A DNA stretch of 64,000 nucleotides from Callorhinchus milii. Taxonomy: Eukaryota. The notes under the pieces were generated by a model. It saw nothing but the letters and a program-made list of their open reading frames with translations. It was not told where the DNA came from and did not search any database. The stretch lies in assembly GCF_018977255.1 (NCBI RefSeq), contig NW_024704742.1, positions 91,328,001 through 91,392,000 on the forward strand, given 5' to 3'. Positions 9,518-19,621 of this stretch are shown here, one piece after another. How positions within the stretch are numbered: position 1 is the first letter of the stretch; each line of letters starts with the position of its first letter. The translations under genes were made by a program, and so were the position numbers.

Positions 9518-11332
9518 CATAAAGATATTTGCTGGATATATGGCATATAGTAACTCAATAAATTTACTGTCTAAGCTGACTTCAGTGCAATGTTGGGAGT
9601 CGCCACATTGTTCGGAGGTGCCGCCCTTTGGATGAGATGTTAAACTGAAGTCCCATCTGTCCTTAAAGATCCCATGCCATTATACAAAAACAGAAGGGAG
9701 TTTCTCCCAGTTTTGTGGCCTCCCTGGATACAATTTGTCATTCATTTCATTATGTATTTGTATGTGAAACAGCAGCCAATTTATGCACATTGATATCCCA
9801 CAAACAGCTGTGAAGTAAATGAGTAATTTGCGTGACTGGGGCAGTGTTGATGAGGGAGAGACTCTCTTCTCTTTTTGATTAGTGGCAGGGGATCTCGGTT
9901 TAACATATCATCCAAAGGACACATTAAAACATAAACAATCCTGGTTAAGTGCATCAGTGTGTGTTAGTTCATCTCTCTCAATGTCAGATGCAGAAATCTC
10001 TTCCGAGATATTTATGTCATCGCCTCCTCCCCATCCTGTAGGTAAACATGTTCAACACAACAGAAAAGCAAAGCAAAAGAGTGTTCTTTTTTTTATAAAG
10101 TTATGTTTCATTTTTAAAATTAGTCTTGAGAAAGCTCTTGTTCCTTAAGAGGGAATTATGTTCAGTTACTTAGACGTAGTACTTGATCCTTACCACGAGA
10201 TGGCAAGCTGAGTGTTTATAGTATCTGTTGTAGTATCTGATTTCTTGCACTGGGGGTCTCTGCACAGAATACATAAAAATGCAATGTGCTGTCCATATTT
10301 GATGAATAACAAATCGAGGAAAATAGAAAATAAAATAAAGGGCTGAAAGAAAAATGGAGTGAAATAACCATTAACACATTTTTTTTTGCTCCTAATTGCT
10401 TTACAATTGTATGTTAAGTATCACAACCTCAGGAACCTTTTTTTTTAAATCGAGCAATTCATTAAGTGTTTTAAAGTGTAAGATTACGTAAAATCCTTTC
10501 ACAAAACCCAGCAGAAAACTGTATCGATCAATAGATGGAGTTTGAACATAATTTGACAGCAATAGCCAGTTCACATGTTTTCCATTTATTTCTAAAGAAG
10601 TGGTTTACAAAGGACATATTGTCGATTTTAGACTTAGTTTGAGTAGATTTATTCAATAGCCCCCATCAATTTTGTTTTGAACTGTATGTAAATTTGAATA
10701 GAATTCCTGAAATGCCTTTATCCTAAGATCTATTTCCATCTTTAAGTGTTCATCCACATACAGAATAGTTAATATAAAGTATCTTTGCCAAGAATCTACT
10801 CATCTTCCTTCCCAGGTCAAAGTGTTTAGATCTCACTTTGAGTAAAGCATGTGCTTTGTTTTGGTTTAATAATATTAAAATGATTTTTTTCCTTCTTCCT
10901 TAAAGAGCTCAGAGCTGGTCAGTCACCAGAGGTGTTATGTACCACCTCCAAAGTTTAGCTTTCCTTTTCACTCAGAACAAATGATACAGCCTGAGCTTTT
11001 TTTTTGCATTTCCATCACATAAATGAATGAATCTTGATACTGCTTTCTTGGAAATAGCTATTGATTTCCTTCTCCAGGAGTGAATGACAACTTTTCTCTG
11101 GTAAATGTGAATTGTGTGAAGCACTGGCCTTAAAGCCCCAACTTTTGGTTTTGAGGCATTCGTTTTCTTTGGAGATGGATCTCCTGATGAAGCACTATCC
11201 AAGAATGGGATGTGCCACAAAGCAAGGACTCTCTTGGAACAAGTATCAATTCTTTTAATGGTGAATCAATTAATGAATTCCCTCTATATGATGAAGCGAT
11301 ATTAGTCACTTTTACACATTAATTTTTAATGC

Positions 11333-11642
11333 CTACCTCTCTGACCGGCTGATTCCCGAACTCACTACCCGCTGCTTCCGCTCGACTGGCTCCAGCCTTC
11401 TGCATGTCCCACGTGCCCTCTGTTCCCCGTGGGTGGCCACAGTTTCAGCCAATATACCCCGAAACTCTGGAACATTCTTTGCCTATCCCTCTGCCTTGCC
11501 CCTTCCTTCCCCATCTTCAGATCGGGCCTGAAGACCTTCCTCTTTGACCGTGCCTACGGTCACTTCCCACTCCCCCCGGCTCGGCGTTGTGCACTGTCAA
11601 GCGCTCTGGGTCTCTACTCTGCATGATATTAAGTTGTTGTTG
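11333..11642 (+). mobile_element. L2 3' fragment (family B)
   Basis: GGHSFSQYTPKLWNILCLSL..FRSGLKTFLF followed by a gttgttgttg tail. Confidence 0.85.
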
Positions 11643-12208
11643 ATATTAAGAGGGATGCTATGTATTTTTGATTATTTCTGACTCCATTTTTGATATTCTA
11701 AAATGTGATGTTATTTTTTCCCACCTTCCTTATGTTCTCACAGCATCCCCAGCATCACCAATGGTGGAACGAAGGGGACGAGGCCAGAGCCAGCCGAGTG
11801 GAGGTAGTGGCTGGTGGAGATGGGGGCAAGCAAGTCGGATAGTTAGGGACGTTCAAGTGGCTCTGCCAGTGCCACTTTGTATCGGTTTTCCACTCTGCCA
11901 ATTCCTCATTGGAAATTCCAGGACATTAGTTGCATTTATAATTTGAGGCTTTCCACCTCAGTTTACTCATTTCCAGGACTGCAGATGAAAAAAGTGAGAG
12001 CAAAAGAGGTTGATGCTCTGATGTCAATTTTGCAGGTTAATTAGACATAGTTTTGTATCAGAGGATTGAAAGATAAGTAAAGGAATATGATTCCAACCCT
12101 TAAAAAAGTCAGAAACATGATCCTGGCAATGATAGGCCTTGACATCTAAAGCTGCAAAAGTATTGCAGTCTAATAGAAAGGAAGCAATCCAAAAGTATTC
12201 AGTGGGAA

Positions 12209-12650
12209 TACAACAATAACAACATCTTGCACTGTATAGTGCCCTTCACGCAGGGTAGCGCCTCGGAGCACTTGACAGTGGTGGAGTCTGCCAATGAGCC
12301 AGAGCGAGAGGGCGAGGATAGTTGACCGTGAGCATGATCAAAAAGGAAGGTCTTTGGGTGGAATTTGGAGGTGGGGAGGGAGGGGCAAGGCAGAGGGATT
12401 GAGGGGGAGAGTTCCAGAGTTTCGGGGCATAGAGGCTGAAGGCATGGCCACTGATGGTGGAACGGAGGGGTTGAGAGACAAATAGGACTCCGGAGCCAGC
12501 CGAGCGGAGACAGCGGGTGGTGGAGTGGGGGGCAAGCAAGTCGGATAGTTAGGGAGGTTCGAGGGCATGAAGGGATTTGAAAACGAGTGAGAGGATCTTG
12601 AAATCAATCCGTTCGGTGATTGGGAGCCATTGGAGCTTGGCAAGGACTGT
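12209..12650 (-). mobile_element. L2 3' fragment (family B)
   Basis: LRSTISGHAFSLYAPKLWNS; family-B tail gaggcgctaccctgcgtgaagggcactata. Confidence 0.9.
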
Positions 12651-12689
12651 CTGGAATAAACTCAATACATGCAAGATAACATGTCAGAG

Positions 12690-13340
12690 AGGCAAATCCT
12701 GCTGACAATCTCAATTAAGTTCTTTAAAAATGTAGAAGAGAGAGGCTTAAGGATATTTCTGTATATGACTTGAGATTTTATGCTATTACGCTATGATTTT
12801 GACATTCCATTTATGCCAGTATTGGCATAAATCAAGAGCCACGATTGTAAGTATTAATATAATACAGCCAGATTGAAAATTGATGCCCTTGTAGAAAGCT
12901 AGCGAGATGTCAGGCTACATTACCAAATCAGTTAAGTTCAGATACTCAAGAGTCATGCTGAAATCATACAGTCCTCTCGTCAGGCCACAGCATAAGAAGG
13001 CTGCCCAAGGCCTAGAGGCAGCAAAGAAGAGAACAACAAGGTTGATTGCCATGGTTAAAGGGATAAACAATAAGGAACAACTGGATAATCAAGAACCTTC
13101 CAGACTCAAAAGTATTTTTTCATTGAATAGAAAAAGTAAATGCAAAACAATATTTTCACGTATGTTGTGGAAACAGGCTAAGAGGACGCAGGCTCAGGGT
13201 TATGCACAGCAAGTTTAGGACATATAACACAAATTATTCTTTACACAGACATTGGTCAACAGTTGGAATGGGTTAACAGTAATGGTGATAGAGACCAGGA
13301 CTCTGTGCTTGTTTAAGAAAAGGCTTTACGCTACAATAGG
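12690..13340 (+). mobile_element. Old degraded CR1 ORF2 fragments
   Basis: GKSC-type start; GYITKSVK..VMLKSYSPLVRPQ..LEAAKKRTTRLIAMVKG resembles CR1 LVRPHLEY..LERVQRRATR; ends with FFTQ..WN-like text. Confidence 0.65.
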
Positions 13341-13629
13341 AACATTTGGTAGGATGGGTTTTTTGGAAGGGGAAATCAAATACCACCATAATAATCCTTG
13401 CAATTAATATAGTGCCTTTTCATCCATCAAGACATCTCAAAGCGCTTTACAGGGTTTATTATGAAGTGGTGTGACTGTATTTTGTGGGCGAAAGCATCTA
13501 TTTCATTTGAATCTTTCATAGGATCTTGTGATTCAAACCTTTCCTGTGATAAAGTAAATATTTTGAAATTCAAGTTGAAATTGTAAATTGGATTATTAGT
13601 GGTCTGTTTAATAGGAGACATAAAGAGAT

Positions 13630-14470
13630 GCAATAGTTATAATTGGGCTCTCAGGGATTGGCCCTGAGACCTTTCACGTCACAATACTTGTTAATAATGT
13701 AAACAAAAGGTAGAGGAATTCAAATATCTGAGTTAACAGATGACGCAGAAATGTATGGAAGAAAATAGGATGTTATAGAATCAGAAATTGAATTAAAAAC
13801 TAATGAGATGAATGGACTAAAATTAGACAGTTAAAATCTTGCAACAGTCTTGAAAATTAATGGTACTAAAACACATTCAAAACCATATTGAATATCTCTT
13901 CACTGTAAAACATTGATTTAAGCACAAATCTGCAGTTTATTGTTTGGTGGATATAAAAGTGCTATGGTTTATGAACTGTTATAGTTTATTGCCAATGAGT
14001 ATGATGCAGGATTTTAAGGATTTACAAGCAATAGATTTTTTTAAAACTAGTTACGATGATGAAAGCAAATCATGTTGTATGCTTAAAGGGACAACTGATA
14101 AATATAACATGAAGAGAAACTATCCTGAATCTAACCATTATGATGAATCATCTGCACAAAGAGAACCCCACTATTTACATCCACGCAGAGGACTGACGCA
14201 AAGGTCGGAATGCAAAGATATGCACATTTGCCAGAACACTAGGAAGTAATCAAAGAAAACTGACAAAGAGAAAGGTGATAAGAAGTTGTGTGCATTTAAG
14301 CAAATCTGTTATGAATTGTAAGCAATATAACAGCACAAATGTAAAGTCATGCATTCACATTCGGAAGTAAAATGACTGCACATATATGTTTTGAAATACT
14401 CCATAGTGCAAAAAGGAGAGCAGTGGTATATTAATCAGCTCACTATTGAGAGTAGACTGTAGATCTATAC
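13630..14470 (+). mobile_element. Old CR1 RT fragment split by a ~480-bp piggyBac-like relic (~13850-14335)
   Basis: Degenerate QGxxLGP/ADD-region text at 13645-13750 and KCKVMH at ~14337. The intervening sequence translates with piggyBac C-terminal-like patterns. Confidence 0.45.
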
Positions 14471-14519
14471 TAAGTAGAGAGGAAATAAAAGATTGCAATT
14501 TCATTGCCCTTTGTCATGT

Positions 14520-15680
14520 TTCTTTTGGTCAGCCAGGTGTCTGACACATGCGGAAATTCATCACATTGCTTAAGAGTATCCAAACCAAACTGAGAATTCT
14601 AAGCATCGCACTTATATATGGAAATCCCAGAGATATTTATTGGAATGGAATGCGCACTCTCTCCCTGGAGGGATGCATCCTGCTTACCTAATTTTGGAAA
14701 GTATTGGGCCCAGATTGGCAAGAGCCAAGGCTTGCGGACCCCAGAGTGTGCACTGAGGTATTGCTGGAGTTGAACCAGCTAAAACCGCATATCTTGCCAT
14801 TGTGAGAGTACTGCCTGCAAGCTTTCCCGCTGCTTGTCCAGCTAGGACCACCCTACCCATTAGGGCTTTGGCTTACAGGGTTAACAGGAGATGAGTGGGA
14901 AGAGTGACTGGTCTGCCCTTCCAAGTCCTACTGATGACCCAGTCATCAGCAGTGCCCTGGAATACTGCGGACCTGCCTGGCTCAGGAACTGGGCCACAGA
15001 GGGTTGGCTTGATTCTGATATTCCATTGCCAAACGTGTCACCTTGGAGCCAGTTCAGCTCCAAAGAGACCCTGCTTACCTCCCCCCAAGGAGGATGTTGG
15101 TTGTTTGACATCCGGCAATGGCAGATTTGAGCCCTCACTAAATAATAATCCTTGCATTTGATATAACGCTTTTCATGTCTTCTAGATGTATCAAAGCGTT
15201 TAATGAATGGCAGTTACCAGGAACTCCCTGCTGGATTCCTGGTGGGCAACACAGCTCAACTTGAAATGTGGGAGAACATTGGCACCATCTTCTGCCCACA
15301 ATGTGGACACACATCCCTTCCCATTGAGGGATGGTTCCATTGAGAGAGGTGCAAAGTTTAAACAGCAGCTGCTTACCTCTCTGCAAACCAATCAAGCGCT
15401 GGATGTACGAACATGTGTACACAAACTCAGACTCCAGGTAATGCCTCCCAGAAACTCATCCCAAGCCTCAGAGTTTCCTCATCAGCTATCCGATAGATAT
15501 CTGCCTTCAGTGTGGTGAGAGGATCTTTACAGGACAGCTTACAACATGCCAGCCACCTTGGTGGTCTTGAGGTCGATGCCAATGCATTGTACTAAACTTA
15601 TTCAGCAGTTGCTGCTTAATCCAGGTCCTCATGTGAGGGCTTTTGGCAATTAGACGTGCCCGCTGTAAAGCTGACTCCAC
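14520..15680 (+). mobile_element. Unclassified ancient element, copy 1 (interrupted by a SINE tail at ~15140-15200)
   Basis: Colinear nucleotide similarity to the reverse complement of ~54764-55320 and ~52660-52840, e.g. tggaatggaatgcgcactctctccctggagggatgcatcctgcttacctaattttggaaagtatt versus tggaatagaatgtatactatcccccgagagggatgcaacctgctttcttaattctgaagagtatt. Confidence 0.7.
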
Positions 15681-16267
15681 CTCCAGGATGCTTATGTCAT
15701 GTTAAACACCTCAAAGTGTTTCACAAATAATTGCTATCAAGAATAGTCCCTATTTCTGTTGACAAATGTGGCTGCATTTTAAAGCTGCAAGGTCCCACAA
15801 ATAGTATAAGGTGAATGACCACTAGAAGTAGATTAGTTGGCAAGAACATTAGGGAAACTCCTTTCAAAAATAATCTTATGGGATTTTAAATGTCCATATG
15901 AAAAGGCACACAGGGTTTCAGTTTTCATGGGATCATAGAATCTTACAGCACAGAATGAGGCCATTCAGCCCATTGTGTCTAAGCCGGCTCTTTGAAAAGA
16001 GCTATCCAATGCAACCCCACTGCTCAGTTCTTTCCCCATATATAATTTTAATGGCTCATCCAAAACTTCACTAACAAGACTGCTGTTAATGATAGCTGAG
16101 TGTTCAACTTTTCTCTGGCTCTAATCTGCCTTTACACAATTTCAATTAATTTTTTAAAAAAACCTTGGGTTTTCTGTGGAATTTTATGAAGCACAATGGT
16201 CCTACCCATGGAGACATCTTGAAGATGTGATAAGGCCCTGTATCAAATGCAAGAATTATATATTATA

Positions 16268-17288
16268 CTAGCTGTACCCGTTGCAGCTTCACTTGCAACC
16301 AAAGGATCCAAAATAGAATGTGGATTGACACACAGACAGAAACATTTTATCTTTATTTATACTCAGCTGGGAGGACTCCTGTGGGAGGACTCCTATTAAA
16401 GCTACGGTAGCCAAAGGGGTTTACTGTGTGATCCGGCAGGTCCTCGAGTTATCGCAAGGCTTCCGATTAGACAGCATTTGCAGTTTTTCCTCCTTCGGTC
16501 ATGATGTATAGGTTTTGAGATGAACCCACACATGAGCATCCAACATGGCTGTACATTGAGTGGGCAATTCATTTTGCAGTCATTTCAGCATTCAAGTCCA
16601 GCTGTGCTGTTCTTTGAGTGGGCAGTTCAATTTAATGTGTTCTTACAGTCTTTTCAGCATTGACAGCCAGCTGTGTTGTTCTTTGTTCTTCCATTTCATT
16701 TAATTGGCCTTCTCTTTTTTGTCTTGCATTTGTATTTGTCCTTGAAAGGCTTGATTTTCGCTTCTTAGGCATCTTCCCTTAAGATTAAGAAAATATGCTA
16801 TTGGGAGGACTCCTATGGGAGGACTGAGTGGGAAGACTCAGTGGGAGGACCCAACTGTGCAGCGCCTTGGGACGTCCTCCTGACGTGAAAGGCGCTCTAT
16901 AAATGGAATCTTGTTGTTGTTGTTGTTGTTGAGGACTCCTGGTTGGGAGTACTGAAGATCCTATGACAACCCAAAAAAACTGCCATACATTTGTTGCAGA
17001 ATACATTAGTATTGATGTATCTCTTCAGAAAGGTATGTGCTTCCCTTTGTCACCATTTTGTTGCAGAATACCATGCATACCTCGTGTTTTGAGGCTTAAT
17101 TAAAGCATTTTTAAAATATAGCTCATCAACTGTAGGAGATCCCTGAAAACAAAAGTGTCAATAACACTCCCGAATGCAAGACCTTTCCGCTGAGGTATAA
17201 ATCATGGCTCTACGTCAATCAGCTATTGTGTTATTGCTGGAAATACAGACACACACACACACAGACTCTTCATCTTTATTAGTATAGA
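16268..17288 (-). mobile_element. Non-autonomous Helitron (internal-deletion derivative)
   Basis: Minus strand begins A|TCTATACTAATAAAG and ends CGGGTACAGCTAG|T (TC...CTAG at an AT target, no TSD), with the subterminal hairpin GTTGCA-N8-TGCAAC. It retains the RepHel N-terminus (16772-16568) and helicase C-terminus (16547-16449). Confidence 0.9.
16851..16930 (+). mobile_element. 80-bp tail-only L2 insertion inside the Helitron
   Basis: Identical to the 3' end of the L2 at 6186 onward; TSD gaggac (16845-16850/16931-16936). Confidence 0.92.
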
Positions 17289-18452
17289 TTACCCAAAGAC
17301 TTGTAGATATCAAGTGCCATCACCTACAGTAATTTTGCCCCAATACCCTGCTCCTGGGAAGTGTGCACTAACGTAGCACACAAATACAGAGGGTAAAGAG
17401 TAGGTGCTGAGGGTTGCATTACAATAAACTGGATTTACAGAATAGCATGAAATAAAACTGATTTTTGCCTTGATGTGTGTTTAATAGTATTCAATAGCTT
17501 TTGAAAACAGAAACCCTGGTTGCTTAAATGATTAATTATGTCTGCTACATGTGTTTCTCCAAATACATAATTTAAAAAGCCTTTAAGGTTTTTTAAGACT
17601 GCACACTAACTCCTTCAAATGATTTATCAGCACTGTGAATTAAATAGTCCTTTCCCTGTTCCGGTTCATAAATATTCAGAAGTTGCCTATCTCTTTTTTA
17701 CTGTGCGTCATACTTTTTTGACAAACAGCGGGAGCTGTTTTATAATCGTTTACGGTAATTGAATTATCCATCATTGTTTCTTTTGTTTGGGCAATGATAG
17801 CTGAGAAGTGCTGCTTCTTGTGTTTGCTACTGCGTCCTGGCTACCAAATTATCTTTTATTTCAGTGATGCATTCCCATGTTCTTAACAGCGCGGCTGGTT
17901 TCATTGACCTTATCTCCTTGTGCTTGATGATTTATTTGAGAATGCTCTGAGGCGTGACTCTTTCTCTGTCGCTATATATCTTTGGGATGGTACACAGAAG
18001 TACTTTCTCCCCATATTGAAAGTGTCTTCTCAAGTGTTCCTCCTGAACACTTACAATTACAAGGTCTTATAATAATAGTTCTGTAACATATTTTGCATTT
18101 GATATAGATTTGATAACGTTCACGCTTTCAGTGCAGAGCTAAACACATTGATTCATTGTTACATACAAATTCTAATTTAACCTTCCCTGGATAGATCAGG
18201 GTATCTAGTACTGTCAAGGTCTTGAAGACGTGATAAGGCGCTATATCAAATGCAAGGATTATTATTATTATTATTATAAGGTACTTTTAGGACATCCTTG
18301 CTGTATCAGACACCAATGGGATTGACTTCAACTTATGTAACCTAACATAGCCTCCGGCAGATGGGTAATGGTTGAATCTCAATCCTTTAAAAGGATTATC
18401 TTTAATGGATATATACAGCAGTGCATCAATAGAAATAAGTAATAGTAAGCAA

Positions 18453-19621
18453 CAACAACAACAAAATTACATTTGTATAGTGCCTTTCACGTTGGGAGGA
18501 TGTCCCAAGGCCCTGGAAAATCAATGTTTCGGACCTGAGCTGGGAGTCGGAATTGGGAAGGGCAGGGGGGAAAGCAGGGTAATCGAAAGCATGGTCGAAG
18601 AGGAGAGTCCTGAGGTAGGTCTTGAAGGAGGCAAGGGGGTGGGGGGCAAGACGGAGGGACTGCGGAATGGAGTTACAGACGGTGGAGGCAGAGTGGCAGA
18701 AGGTCCGCCCGCCAATGGTGGAGCGGGCGAGGTGGGTACGTGAAGCAGGCCAGAGCCCGCTGAGCGGAGGGAGCAGGCAGGTTGGTAGGGGGTTAGAAGG
18801 TCGCAGAGGAAGGAGGAAGCAAGGCCATGGAGGACTTTGAAGGTGAGACCAGGATCTTGAACTGTATCCTCTATGTGATGGGAAGCCAGTGGAGCTGGGC
18901 GAGGATGGGGATGATAGGGTGGTGGATCCTGGTGCAGGAGAGGATACATGGGTTGCAGAGTTCTGGATCATCTGCAACCTATGAAGGGAGGAGTTGGGGA
19001 AGCCGACAAGCAGGGAATTTGCGTAGTCGAGCCTGGATGTTATGAATGTACGTATGAGGGTTTCGGCGCCTGTGGTGTGAGACAGTGGAGGAGCCAGGCA
19101 ATGTTGCGGAAGTGGGGGAAGGCAGATCGAAACATGTCATGGATGTGGGGTAGGAAGGATAGTTGAGGGTCAAACAAGACGCCAAGGTTCTGGACTGGAT
19201 TAGTAAGGTGGAGTGTGCATCCATGGATGGTGATGCTGTCAGCGCCTGAGGTGTGGATGCGCTGACGAAAGCCAATCAGGAGGGCCTCGGTCTTGTTGAC
19301 ATTCCACTGAAGAAAGTTAGCATTTATCCAGGACTTGATGTCTGACAGACATTCTGTCAGAACAGCAGTGGTCCTGGAGACGAGGGTGGAGGCAGAGAAA
19401 TAGACTTGTGTATCATCCGCATACATGTGGAAATTGACCCTATGTCTGCGGATGATGTCACCAAGGAGCAACATATAGATGTTGAAGAGGAAGGGACCAA
19501 GGACAGAACCCTGAAGAATGCTGCACGAGACGGTGCGGGGGCCAGAGGAGAAGCTGTTTGTGGAGATAAAGTGGAGATGGTGTGAGAGGTACGATCTGAA
19601 CCATTCAAGGACAGAACCATG
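18453..19621 (-). mobile_element. 5'-truncated L2 (family A), frameshifted RT
   Basis: [35 protein letters not shown] aagcaa (18447-18452/19622-19627). Confidence 0.95.

Noticed and set aside
15360..15420. SSCLPLCKPIKRWMY resembling hepadnaviral surface antigen
   Set aside because: Too short, and no polymerase motifs were found in the overlapping frames.
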